DNA of 64,000 nucleotides, taken from positions 3,968,001 to 4,032,000 of the forward strand of contig JANJGN010000052.1 of assembly GCA_026770705.1 (NCBI GenBank), read 5' to 3'. Source of the stretch: Isurus oxyrinchus (taxonomy: Eukaryota). Under the pieces are notes generated by a model. That model had not been told where the DNA came from, did not search any database, and was given only the letters and a program-made list of their open reading frames with translations. A program made the translations under genes and the position numbers. The stretch's first letter is position 1. Every line of letters begins with the position of its first letter. Below, piece after piece: positions 1-12,552 of the stretch.

Positions 1-611
1 TTGAGCTGTAACCTTGAGATGGTTTGAAAACCCCAACCTGCTGTCTTGGAGAGAGAGAGAGAGAGAGTGAGTGCGTGTGTGAGAAAGAGAGACAATGTGT
101 GTGTGAGAGAGTGACAGTGCGTATGTGTGCGAGAGAGAAGGATAGAGAGAAAGAGAAAATGTGTGAGAGAGCAAAAGAGAGGTAGAGTGTGTGTGCATGA
201 GAGAGGGAGGTAGCTTAATTGTGGAGAGAGAGAGTGTGTGTGAGAGAAAGGGAATGTTTGTGTTAGAGAGAGAGCTTACGTGTGAGAGAGAAAGATAGAG
301 TGAGAATCTGTGTGTGTTAGATAGTGTGTGTGTGAAAGAGAGAGTGTGTATGTGAGAGAGCGTGTGCATGAGAGCGTGTGTGTGTGTGTGTTTGAGAGAG
401 AGGGTGTATGTGTTTGAGAGAAGGAGTGTGCGAGAGAGGGTGTGCGTGTTTGAGAGGGAGTGTGAGTGTTTAAGAGAANNNNNNNNNNNNNNNNNNNNNN
501 NNNNNNNNNNNNNNNNNNNNNNNNNNNNNNNNNNNNNNNNNNNNNNNNNNNNNNNNNNNNNNNNNNNNNNNNNNNNNNNNNNNNNNNNNNNNNNNNNNNN
601 NNNNNNNNNNN

Positions 612-1750
612 ACAGTTTCACACGTTGCTAGGGACCACTTTTCCGCCTCTCTGTCAGACTGTGTGTATCTGACAGCAGGTCAGGCAGAAATAGTCCAGAA
701 TGTGCTGTGGTTTTGTAGCATTGAAACAACGACATGAACTAAATGCGAGCTGCACCAAATAAAGACATGGAGTTACCACACCAAAAAACCACGTGACTTC
801 CCCAGTTTCACATCTCCCTCAAACACAGAAAAACTGGAGTAACACTGACCCTCCTCCCAGAGCCAGTTCACCTCGTGTCCGATGCAGTCAGGAGAGGAAG
901 ATCATCTCTCCTCCGATCCTGGTAAACTGAACATTTCCAGAATTAGATCAGCTCCCTGAAGTGTCTCCAGTTAGACATTCATCTGACAGGATTGACTCTA
1001 CAACCCTGGGGACTCATTCTCCTGTAAGTAAAACACTTGCTGCTCCTGTCAAATCTCTTCAGTACAGCATGGTCTCTGGATGTCCCAGAACACTTTACAT
1101 TTGAGTTCACCCTTTTTTCGAAGTGTGGTTACTGTTGTAATGTAGGAAACGCAGCAGCCAATTAGCGCACAGCAAGCTCCCACAAACAGCAATGTGATCA
1201 TCTGTTTTTGGTGATGTTGGTTGAGGGATAAATATTGGTGCCAGGACACCGGGGAGATCTCCCCCCTGCTCTTCCTCCAAATAGTGGCTGTGGGATCTTT
1301 CACACCCGCCCGAGAGGGCAGACGGGGGACTCGGTTTAGTGTCTAATATTGGACTAATCTCCAGGCGAGGTTGGCTGGATGGTTTATTGACAAGGTCCAT
1401 TCACCCTGTAAAGAGTTTCTCTGGTTTGAAATACCCAATCAAACATCGAGTTCTGTGTCTAAACCTTGTGTTGAAAAGACACCTTTCCAGCTCTTCACCT
1501 GCCATTAGCTTGTTGAGTCTTCACACGCTCCGTCTGTCCGTGACCAACCCCTCTTAGCTCATCCTTTCCTTGTCGTACATCGAGCTGTTCATCCTGACGG
1601 GTTCCATCCTTCCCAGTAACACTCCATCTCTGACATCAAACTCACTCCCAACACGTTGATGAATTGTATGGATTCCAGCGTCAGTTGGTTCTGTCTGAGG
1701 CTGTTTCTCTGATCGGGGACCGAGCTGTTCTGAATGGACATTGTGTTCAG
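612..1750 (+). repeat. Segmentally duplicated 5' module (copies about 51862-53000 and 55944-57080) with candidate non-coding exon donor CCT|GTAAGT at 1024
   Basis: Three near-identical copies, upstream of the A and D leaders; includes a SINE fragment at about 1070-1345. Confidence 0.8.
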
Positions 1751-3527
1751 CAGTTCTTATTGCAGATCAGGCTGTTCAACCAATGCTGCTGTTCACTGAG
1801 GTGACTCCGATTCTACATTCACACATTAATGATCTCATGTCCAGCAGCAAACATCTGAATGAAGCCAGGTTCAAGAAAAATCCCAGCTGCTTGATCCGAC
1901 AGTTATCTGTTCAGGCATGGCCCCTTGTTCCAAATAACAAACATTATTTAAAAATAGTCATCACATGAGCCTGGTTAACAAGGAAATGAAACCATGAACA
2001 ATTTGCAGTGAAGTGAAACGTACAGGATTAATCTATTTATATTGAGCTGATGATATAGAATTTTACATGAGGCATGTTGCTAATTTCAAACATCATCTGA
2101 ATTACGGTAGTTCTGACAGTGCAGCACTCCCTCAGTACTGACTGACAGTACAGCCCTCTCTCAGTACTGACCGTCTGACAGTGCAGCACTCCCTCAGTAC
2201 TGACGCTGTGACAGTGCAGCGCTCCCTTAGTACTGACCCTCTGACGGTGCAGCACTCCCTCAGTACTGACCCTCTGACAGTGCAGCGCTCCCTCAGTACT
2301 CCCTCACTGGGGATAATCTGCCTGAGTTTTGAGCTGAAATCATGAGCAGGTCTTAAAACCTTCTGTATCAGAGAGAGAGAGTGTCTGAGAGAAAGAGAGA
2401 CAGAGAGACTGTGTGAGAGAGAAAAAGAAATAGAGAGCATGTGTGCGTGTGTGAGGGAGAGTGTGTGTGTATGAGGGACATAGTGTGTGTGAGAGAGAGA
2501 GTGTGTGTGTGTGTGAGGGAGAGTGTGTGTGTGTGATGGAAAGTGTNNNNNNNNNNNNNNNNNNNNNNNNNNNNNNNNNNNNNNNNNNNNNNNNNNNNNN
2601 NNNNNNNNNNNNNNNNNNNNNNNNNNNNNNNNNNNNNNNNNNNNNNNNNNNNNNNNNNNNNNNNNNNNNNNNNNNNNNNNNNNNNNNNNNNNNNNNNNNN
2701 NNNNNNNNNNNNNNNNNNNNNNNNNNNNNNNNNNNNNNNNNNNNNNNNNNNNNNNNNNNNNNNNNNNNNNNNNNNNNNNNNNNNNNNNNNNNNNNNNNNN
2801 NNNNNNNNNNNNNNNNNNNNNNNNNNNNNNNNNNNNNNNNNNNNNNNNNNNNNNNNNNNNNNNNNNNNNNNNNNNNNNNNNNNNNNNNNNNNNNNNNNNN
2901 NNNNNNNNNNNNNNNNNNNNNNNNNNNNNNNNNNNNNNNNNNNNNNNNNNNNNNNNNNNNNNNNGTGATAGAGAGAGATTGTGAGTGTTAGAGAGAGAAA
3001 GTGTGTGTGAGAGAGATAGAGCAGAAGAGTGTGATAGAGAGAGATTGTGAGTGTTAGAGAGAGAATGTGTGTGTGTGTGAGAGAGAGATAGAGCAGAAGA
3101 GTGTGATAGAGAGAGATTGTGAGTGTTAGGGAGAATGTGTGTGAGAGAGAGATAGAGCAGAAGAGTGTGATCGAGAGAGATTGTGAGTGTTAGAGACAGA
3201 ATGTGTGTGTGTGAGAGAGAGAGATAGAGCAGAAGAGTGCGATAGATAGAGATTGTGAGGGCTAAACTCACTGAGAGAAAAAGCTGGACACCCAGCAAAG
3301 GGAGTGAGGAACCAATGAATTTTTGCCGTGTTTGATGAATCAGTTTGCGATGTCCCTTCTCAATCTCTCCTTCCTTGTCTTGACATTAGTTTATTCCCTG
3401 GGGCTGTTTAATTCCCTGAAAGGTGCCATTTAAACACAAGTTGTTGTTGTTTGAGGAGAGAAAGCTGGGGACAATTTCTGAAAAAGTCTCTGTCTTTATC
3501 ATTTTCCATTTAGATGAGGAACTGAAG

Positions 3528-3573
3528 ATGGGAGAAGTCGGTCTGATATTGATCTTCATCAGCTTGCTGCAAG
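3528..3573 (+). CDS. Gene A signal peptide exon MGEVGLILIFISLLQ(V)
   Basis: Acceptor ttccatttag at 3512-3513, ATG at 3528, hydrophobic peptide, phase-1 donor CAAG|gtac; near-identical copy at 60335-60380. Confidence 0.8.
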
Positions 3574-4893
3574 GTACAAATTCATTACTGATCGGAACTC
3601 AGAGAATTGGATTCTTTCCTGGAGTGAGGAAGTGAGGAGGTTACAGAGAGAGGGAGGGTTGTAGATGCTGGAGGAGGTTACAAAGAGAGGGAGGGTTGTA
3701 GCAGCTGAAGGAGGTTACAGAGATAGGGAGGGTTGTCGGGGCTGGAGGAGGTTACAGAGATCGGGAGGGTTGTAAGGGCTGGAGGAGGTGACAGAGATAG
3801 GAAGTGGAGAGGAGTTTGTTGGGATTGGGAATTGAGAATGAGAAACTTAATATCAAGGCGTTGCTTGATTGGGAGCCTACAAAGGTCAGTGAGTGATGTG
3901 GGTGCGGGTTGGGTGGTTAAAGGCTGAGTAGAAGAGCAGGAATAACAACTGGGGATGAAGTCTTTCCCAATGTTAGGTGTCTGATAGCAATATCCTGAAA
4001 TTAGTGTCTTTTGCTGATTTTAATCAGAATTTCCCATGAAGACAACACAGCAGCTCCTAGAATAGACAGGCTGTTCAGTGTCACACTTCCTGTCCATTCT
4101 CACCTTGCTAGATACTTCAATAAGGGAGCAAGATAACTGAAAGAGAGAAGGAAGGTAAAGCTGTCCGTGTGTAAAGGTGTCAATATTCAGTTTGTATATT
4201 TGTCTTTGCTCTTGACACATGCAGAGCTCAGGCTAGAGGCACTGTGTTAGTGTGTTTCACAGTGTCTGCTGGAGTAGGGTCAGTGCTGAGCTTGGGGACA
4301 AGTCAGTCTACAATGCTGCATCGGAATCAACAATACAACAATATGGGGTTTGGATCAGAAATAATCCCTTAGACAATGAGGATCCAAAGAGATTCATTAA
4401 ACAATGAGGATCCAAAGAGATTCCTTAGATAATGAGGATCCAGAGATTCCTTAGCAATGAAGATAAAAATGCACCAATCAGATTGAATCAGATTAGCCAA
4501 TCAGCTGTGTTGAAGAGCAGACAGGAATGTTAGGCTAATTAGTGATTCATGACGGTGATAATGGGGGAGTGCTGAGGGCTCCTAATCCATTGTCCTGTCT
4601 TGTAAATCAGCACTGAATGGATCTCAATTGGTGCGTCCTGTAGATACTGTGTTGGGTGGAAGACTGGTTTCACTAAACAGGGTCCTGAGGACCATGAGCC
4701 AATGTAGAATGAACTTGTCCACTCCTATGTCCTGGATTCTCTTCCATTCGTTGTGAAATCTTGGGGAGATCCCCGTGTGTCCTGTAGATGGTCCACACTG
4801 CAGCCACTGTGCCCCAGTGATGGAGGGGGTGGATATCGAGTCTAGTGGATCTACAAACCATCCAAAGTAAAATATTGATATTTCTCTCCCCAG

Positions 4894-5259
4894 TTGGATT
4901 GTCACAAGAGTGGAAATGCGACATTCCACGAGATGTGACAGCGCAGGAAGGTTCCTGTGTACAGATTCCATGTCATTACAGTTATCCATCAGAGTTGGAA
5001 AACCAACCACGAGATGGAGTCTGGTTTAATAATGAAGAACGAGGAACATCGTCTATTGCCTTTCACTCCAAGGATCACAGTCACGAGTTACCACGGTTCC
5101 GCCATCGGACCCGGCTGTCTGGAGACCTGAAAGACGGTGACTGTTCCCTGATTATAAACAACATCAGACGGGAAGATGCAGGACATTATGTTTTCCGAAT
5201 AGAATTTGACAGCAGAAACAGTTACAGCTACCTTCCTGTAACCCAGCTTCACGTTTCTG
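4894..5259 (+). CDS. Gene A Siglec-type V-set Ig exon
   Basis: ctccccag acceptor, G|gtaagt donor; GSCVQIPC, DCSLII, EDAGHYVFRIE: B/E-strand Cys pattern and F-strand Arg typical of Siglec V domains. Confidence 0.9.
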
Positions 5260-6987
5260 GTAAGTGCTGTGTTATAATTACTCAACAATTCACATCCAAC
5301 ATTCAATGGGAAATAATAGTGTTTGATTTGCTTGTTTTTTGGCCGTGTTAACCAGCGTCACTATTTTTAATGATTTGTCTATTTCTGCTCCCAGATCCAT
5401 GAGCTTATTGTGTGTGATTGAATCCACATCATAGCTGTAACGTAAACCGAGCTGAGGGGTGATGACACCTCCCCCCTGAGTGAAGTGTCTCCTCCCCACT
5501 ACACCTTCCACCCCTCACACCATCAGGACTGACCTGGTGACAGCGCGGAGCTTATCACCAAATCACACCTTGGCTTGACCCCCACCCCCACCTCCTCTGG
5601 CACTTTCTGCTCCTTTGAATATCTCACCGTGTTCCACCCCTCTCATCTCTCCTTCTAAATTCTCGTTCTCTATCGCCGATCACTCCAGGAATGATAAGCA
5701 TCTTCGCCCCAGGATATCTTCACTGCTTTCCTCCCTCAGTCTCTGCACCGACTGAATTCCCATCCTCGGAGATCTCAATCTCCATCTCATCTCATCCCGC
5801 TCGGTTATTCCAACTCACTCCTGGCTGGTCTCGCACATTCTACCCTCTGTAAACTTGGGGTCATCTAAAACTCAGCTGCCCCTGTCTTAACCAGCAGTAA
5901 CTCCCGTTCCCCTATCCCCACTGTACTCTCTGACCTTGAGTGGCTCCTGGTCAAGGAGCCAATGATTTCATGATTTTAAAATGCTCGTCCTTGCTTCCTC
6001 CCTATCTCTGTAATCTCCTCCTGTGCGACAGCCTTCCCAGATTTCTGCACTCCTCTACCTCTGGACTCTTCAGCATCCCTGATTTCCATCGCTGCAGCAT
6101 GGACGGCCAAGCCTTCAGTAGCCTGGGTCCTGAGACTTAAATCCTTTCATCTTTCTATCTCCTCCTTTAAGGTGCTCCTTAAAACCCACCTCTTCAACCA
6201 AAGTTCTGATTGTCTGACCTAATATCTCCTTATATGGCGTGGGATCATACTTTGTATTATAATGCTCCTGTGGAGTTCCTTGGCATGTTATATTATAATA
6301 TAGGCACTATATAAATATAATCTATTGTTCTATGCTCCTCTAGACCATTTAGATTCTTACTTTCGAGTTAACATGCAACCTGGTAACCAGGTGATAGCTT
6401 CCAGTTCAGTTCGAAAGCAACCTCTAATACTCACTTTAATATCAATGATTCAATGTACTGAGTATGTCCATCAATGTTATCAGGTTATCCACTCCCATCG
6501 ATCTCTCTAATCCTGTCTCGAAGTCTGACATATCGACAGAAGAATGATTCACATTTCTGTAGCACATTTCACCACCTCAGCACAGACCAAATCACTTCAC
6601 AGCCAATGAGCTGATTCCTGAATTGTAGTTACTGTTGTAATGTGGGAAACACAACAACCAATTTGCGCACAGCAAGCTCCCACAAATTGACAGGTAACAA
6701 ATGACCTAGATCGCTGAGTGAATGATGGGGTAGTGCACTCCAAACTCTGGTCTGCTCCTCCACTCTCACCCACTATTATCACTTCAAGTTTCTCGGAGTG
6801 AACGTGTATTAAGCTGAGAGACAGAAACACCAAAGTCTCGAAGCAGTAAAGTCTCTCCTGATCGTTGTAACCTCTCAGATCTGATATCATCCTTGTAAAA
6901 GTTCTTTCTCTTGTGGGACTGTGGGTTCTATTTGAACTGATGCTTCACGTTATATTTCTCTAAAAGGATCCATTCCCTGTCTGTTAG

Positions 6988-7284
6988 ATTTCACAGATAA
7001 ACCCACGATATTCCCTGCTGAAATTATTGCAGGAAAGCGTGTGGATGTAAGCTGCACCTTCAACACAACGTGCAATGGAACAGCAGCACCTGTCTTAACC
7101 TGGGACACTCCCACTGACGTACGTGGATCAGTCTCAAACACTGTAACTCAGCATGGTGTCACTCTGACCTATACTTCTGTTCTGACCCTGATCCCATCAC
7201 CCAAACACCACGGACACACACTCAGCTGCAGAGTGAGATATCCATCTGTTTCATCGGAGCGGACCCTCGTACTCACTGTGCAAG
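6988..7284 (+). CDS. Gene A C2-set Ig exon (DFTDKP...VSCTFNTTCNGTAAPVLTW...LSCRV)
   Basis: ttag acceptor, G|gtaagt donor; extra Cys after the B-strand Cys as in Siglec domain 2. Confidence 0.9.
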
Positions 7285-7809
7285 GTAAGTACGGACGACC
7301 TTCATTCTACATTGGCCATTATAGTCCACATGTTTCACAGCAAAAACCCATAAAATACAGTTTGTTTAACAACAGATCATCTGCTTTTATTGATAAAAAT
7401 TCACCTCTGACATTGCAGAGCAACTTCCTACTGACCCCCCGACAGCGNNNNNNNNNNNNNNNNNNNNNNNNNNNNNNNNNNNNNNNNNNNNNNNNNNNNN
7501 NNNNNNNNNNNNNNNNNNNNNNNNNNNNNNNNNNNNNNNNNNNNNNNNNNNNNNNNNNNNNNNNNNNNNNNNNNNNNNNNNNNNNNNNNNNNNNNNNNNN
7601 NNNNNNNNNNNNNNNNNNNNNNNNNNNNNNNNNNNNNNNNNNNNNNNNNNNNNNNNNNNNNNNNNNNNNNNNNNNNNNNNNNNNNNNNNNNNNNNNNNNN
7701 NNNNNNNNNNNNNNNNNNNNNNNNNNNNNNNNNNNNNNNNNNNNNNNNNNNNNNNNNNNNNNNNNNNNNNNNNNNNNNNNNNNNNNNNNNNNNNNNNNNN
7801 NNNNNNNNN

Positions 7810-7868
7810 CTGCTGAGTGAGATATCCATCTGTTTCATTGGAGCGGACCCTCGTACTAACTGTGCTAT
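7810..7868 (+). pseudogene. 3' end of a duplicated C2 exon with AGA>TGA stop
   Basis: TGC TGA GTG AGA TAT CCA... CTA T|gtaagt matches CRVRYPSVS...TVQ of the C2 exons; 5' part lies in an N gap. Confidence 0.7.
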
Positions 7869-8547
7869 GTAAGTACAGACATCCTTCATTCCAGATTAGC
7901 TGGAATATTCTAGATTATGCATAGAAGGATCCCATAGAGAGGTATTGTGATGAGAAACAGATCATCTGTTTTTTCAGGAAAATAGTGACCAGCACAACAT
8001 TAATAACAGTTTCTGAACAGTAACACAGCGGCTTTTATTTACAGCCAAGAGACCGATAGAGCAGAGCAGGAATCACAATGTACTCACCCCCTGACAGTGC
8101 AGCACTCCCTCAGTACTGACCCTCTGACAGTGCAGCACTCCCTCAGTACTGACCCTCTGACAGTGCAGCACTCCCTCAGTACTGACCCTCTGACAGTGTA
8201 GCACTCCCTCTGTACAGACCCTCTGACAGTGCAGCACTCCCTCAGTACTGACCCTCCGACAGTGCAGCACTGCCTCAGGACTGACCCTCCGACAGTGCAG
8301 CACTCCCTCTATACTGACCCTCCAACAGTGCAGCACTCCTTCAGAACTGAACATTTGACAGTGCAGCACTCCCTCAGTACTGACCCTCTGACAGGTCAGC
8401 ACTCACTCCTTACTGAACTGAAGTGTCTGCCTGGGTTACGTGCTTTGTGGTGAAGGAACCTACATTGATATCACGCCTTTCACATTCTCAGTGTCTCTCA
8501 AAGTGCTTCACAGTCAGTGTAAGTAACTGATCTTCATTTGTTTTCAG

Positions 8548-8829
8548 ACACACCACAGAATCTCTCAATTACTTCTCTTGATATGATTAATGCTTCATCG
8601 ATCAATATAATTGAGGGGAATTCTGCAGTGATAACCTGCTCTGTCGAGAGCTTCCCAGCTTCTAACCTGACGTGGCGACATCTTAATGTCCCAATGAACA
8701 GAACAAGTTCCAACAATGAGCTGTGGTTGGTGATTCCTCACGTTACATCCAGGGACACTGGAGACTATCAGTGTGTGGCAGAGAATGAACATGGAGCAGT
8801 GGAGGGGTTCATAACCATCACTGTGGAAT
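8548..8829 (+). CDS. Gene A third Ig exon (C2/I-set)
   Basis: ttttcag acceptor, T|gtgagt donor; TPQNLSI...CSVESFPASNLTW...DTGDYQCVAEN. Confidence 0.9.
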
Positions 8830-9318
8830 GTGAGTTACACAGACTTCAACATCTCTCTCAGATTTGAACACATATACACAAATGATCTACCACATGCACA
8901 CACAAACATTCACTGCACTGGAGTCCCGGTGTCAGCTCTAATTCTGTGTTGAAGGAAGGGAAACTCCAGATCAACAAGACCCTGAATTGGATGGAGCAAC
9001 CTCCTGAACAGAGAAATGTAGATTTACCCCTCAGTGCTCCATTGGTCAAATACAATTCATTGCCTGCCCAGCCCTTGGTGAAATACTGAGGATGTGAATG
9101 GAAGGTTCTTTCATTCTAGATGGACAGCACCTCAATGGGTGGGAGAATGTAACTGCAGTGTGACAGTTTACATAGGCAGTATCCATTGTAAATGTGACAG
9201 AGGAACGTATGCTGAGGAAGGTGCCTGGAATTGCATTCAGACATCAGATACAGAGAGATGATGCATGGAGTCTTGCTGTGCACTGTGCTTGCTCACATTA
9301 AAATCTTTATGTTTTTAG

Positions 9319-9600
9319 ATGCCCCACAGAATCTCTCAATTACTTCTCTTTATATGATTAACGCTTCATCGATCAATATCATTGAGGAGAATTCTGCAGT
9401 AATAATCTGCTCTGTCGAGAGCTTCCCAGCTTCTAACCTGACGTGGCGACATCTTAATATCCCAATGAACAGAACAAGTTCCAACAATGAGCTGTGGTTG
9501 GTGATTCCTCATGTTACATCCAGGGACACTGGAGACTATCAGTGTGTGGCAGAGAATGAACATGGAGCAGTGGAGGGGGTCATAACCATCACTGTGGAAC
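9319..9600 (+). CDS. Gene A fourth Ig exon (tandem duplicate of the third)
   Basis: tttttag acceptor, C|gtgagt donor; 282 nt, near-identical to 8548-8829. Confidence 0.9.
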
Positions 9601-9629
9601 GTGAGTTACACAGAATTGAACGTTCTCTT

Positions 9630-10665
9630 GTTATTAGCTCATGGGATGTGGGCATTGTTGACAAGACCAGAAATTATTGCGCATCTGTTACTGCCCCTTG
9701 AGAAGGTGGTGGTGAGCTGCCTTCTTTAACCATTGCAGTCCATGTGATGTAGGTACACCCACAGTGCTGTTGGGGAGGGTGTTCCAGGATTTTGACCCAG
9801 CGACAGTGAAGGAACGGCTGATATAGTTCCAAGTCCCAGGGCAGACCACCACCACAAGTTCGCCTCCAAGTCACACACCACACTGACTTGGAACTGTCTT
9901 GGTGGAAGAGGTTAAGTCTTTGGAAGGTGCTGTCGAAGGAGCCTCGGTGAGTTGCTGCAGTGCATCTTGTAGATGGTGCACACTGCTGCCATTGTGTGCC
10001 AGTGGTGGAGGGTATGAATGTTTATGCTGTGGATGGGCTGTCGATCAAACAAGCTGCTCCTGGATGGTGTTGAGCTTCTTGAGTGTTGTTGGAGCCGCAC
10101 TCATCAATTGGAGATTATTCCATCACACTCCTGACTTGTGCCTTGTCGATGGTGGACAGGCTTTGGAGAGTCAGGAGGTGAGTTACTCACCACAGAGTTC
10201 CCAGCCTCTGACCCGCTCTTGTAGCCGCATTATTTCCTGTTGCCGGGTTGTTGCCAGGGCCAATAGCCTTTGCTGTATCCAGTATAATCAGCTGATTCCT
10301 GATGTCACGTGGAGTCAATCGAATTGTCTGAAAGCTGACATCTGTGATGCTGGGACCCTCTGGAGGAGGCTGAGATGGAGCATCCACTCAGCACTTCTGG
10401 CTGAACATGGTTGCCAATGCTTCAGCCTTGTCGTTTGCACTGATGTGCTGAGCTCCCCCATCATTAAGGATGGGGATATTTGTGGAACATCCTCCTCCTG
10501 TTAGATCTTTAATTGTCCATCACCATTCATGACTGGATGTGGCAGGACTGCAGAGCTTAGATCTGACCCGTTGGTTGTGGGATCGCTTTGCTCTGTCTAT
10601 AGCATGTTGTTTCCACTGTTTGGTGTGTATGTAGTCCTGTGTGTCACCTCAGCAGCTTGGCACCT
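9630..10665 (-). mobile_element. Degenerate LINE (RT region and 3' UTR); same family at 33560-34030, 36400-36870 and 39170-41250
   Basis: Shared sequence among copies; RT-type peptides (IRLTPRDI...KAIGP; GVTQGSVQDP...FINDLP...FTDD in the + strand copy). Confidence 0.8.
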
Positions 10666-10858
10666 CTGTTATATGTGAATCCTCCTTATAGAAACCTGCA
10701 TGTACATGGATATTATCAATAAATATTACATAGATAAATGTTATTTGTATAGATCTTTCATGCATAGACAATATCACTTCACAAGTTCAGAATTACTACA
10801 TGTACATAGGGAACCATTCTCAAACTGTACCGGAGTCATTCATTGGCTGATTTTACAG

Positions 10859-10955
10859 GGTGAGATTCCAATGAATGGAAAGCAGGATTGCTTGGAGCTG
10901 GAATCTGTTTGAGTGTTGGACTGAGTGGATTCTTCATCTTCAAGTGTGTGAGAAA
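10859..10955 (+). CDS. Gene A transmembrane exon with early stop: R*DSNEWKAGLLGAGICLSVGLSGFFIFKCVRK
   Basis: ttttacag acceptor, AA|gtaagt donor; 97 nt, collinear with the gene C TM exon 33349-33445. Confidence 0.8.
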
Positions 10956-11664
10956 GTAAGTGTGAAGCTTTAATTGGTTGTTTTTGAACATGTTTTCTTC
11001 AACCTTCTCTCCTTATAGAAAGAACTTGCATTTCTATAGCACCTTTGACAACACAAAACCCTTCACAGCCCCTGAAGAGCTTTGATGTTCACTCACTGTT
11101 TCACATCTCATCCAACATTCACTGTTTCACAACGCAGTCCTGTAACTGGCAGTGTTGACCTGGACCATAAAATACCTTGTGACCTACTGAGGATGTGAAA
11201 AGTGCTATATAAATGAAAACCTTTCTTTTGTTAGTGAATGCAATCTCTTTCCATTTTCCCTGTTGCATTCACTCTCTCTCTTATCTCTACTAATGCTGGC
11301 CTTCTCATTCTCTCTCTCTCTCATTCACTCTCTCTCTTAACTCCATTAATGCTCTCCTTGTCATTCTCTCTCTCATTCACTCTCTCTCTTATCTCCACTA
11401 ATGCTCTCCTTCTCATTCTTTCTCTCGTCCTCTTACACATTGTTCAGGATCTCACATTTTTAAGGAGCGCTGAGAAACATCTGCTCCTTCAGAAAATCCA
11501 CCTCAACACCTGGAGTGAGCAGTGATTTGAAACTCGCTCAACGACTGTTCAACTTTACACAAGAATCACGTCACAGAGTCAGGACACAAAGAGTTAACAG
11601 TTTGCTTACAACACAAAACTAAGGCCCTACGTTTCAATGAAAGGGTTTTCACAATTGTTCCCCA

Positions 11665-11967
11665 ATTCCTGATTTGACTCACAGAGACACATCAACCGTT
11701 TCTCATTAAATACACAGAGGGAGCAGCACAGGAAGAGGTCATTCAGCCCAAGCAGAGCGTGTGGGCAGTTCCTCCCCAGGCGAGCAGTCGGACAGGTACT
11801 GGGTAAGTAACGGAACGATTGGAATTCCCTTCCACCACCAACACCGTCCTTTGTTGATGTTGTGACTTTATAAAGACAGATTCCAATGATTGATGCCTTT
11901 GAAAGATTTCTACTGATTATTGAGATCTGGGTGTGAGGCTCAAGTCTGTTGTACAGAACATCTTTCT
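11665..11967 (+). promoter_or_regulatory. Orphan copy of the B/C promoter-first-exon module inside gene A
   Basis: Near-identical to 17180-17470 and 24430-24707; donor GT at 11803; followed by a CR1 fragment rather than a leader exon. Confidence 0.65.
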
Positions 11968-12313
11968 GGTTAAATTATGCAGACAGGTTACACACAGTCT
12001 ACGATTATATTCCCTCAGGTCTAGGAGATTAAGGAGGGATCTAACTGAGGGGTTCATACTGATTAAACACTCGATAGGGTCGATAGAGAGAAGCTATTCC
12101 CTCGGGTGGGGGTGGGTGGTGGGGGTCGGGTGGAGTCCAGAACAAGGGGGCTGGAACTTCAGATTGGAGCCAGGCCATTTAGGGGTGATGTCAGGAAGCA
12201 CTTCTTCACACAAAGGGAAGTGGAAATCTGGAACTCTCTCCCCAATAATCAAACCCAACACCGAATACACATCATGTTGATTGTCACTCAGTCCATTTCC
12301 ATCTCTATTACAG

Positions 12314-12418
12314 AAGAGAGGCGAGGGGAAAGCAGGAATCAAATCGAACCACCGTGTTGATGAATATCGAGGTCCTGTTTATGAAAACTGTGAGCGTGGT
12401 TGGGCTTTGAGGAATCAG
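12314..12418 (+). CDS. Candidate cytoplasmic exon KRGEGKAGIKSNHRVDEYRGPVYENCERGWALRNQ
   Basis: ctctattacag acceptor, CAG|gtgagt donor, phase 0-0; paralogous to 14180-14296 including the upstream intron. Confidence 0.65.
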
Positions 12419-12552
12419 GTGAGTCACACACCACAGGATCCCCAGCCTCTCAGCTGCTCCAGTAGCCTGGTTATTGATATGGCTGCTCCAGTCCTGTATC
12501 TGCAATGTTTTATACAGTCACTCCCAAACCCAACCAAACTCACACCCAACAC

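Noticed and set aside
2132-3298. ORFs spanning N gaps and GA/GT microsatellites (also about 47.5-59 kb)
   Set aside because: Artefacts of Ns and low-complexity sequence.
11448-11514. Linker cytoplasmic exon of gene A
   Set aside because: Correct phases but in-frame TAA at 11461 and no paralog in the window; not listed as a feature.
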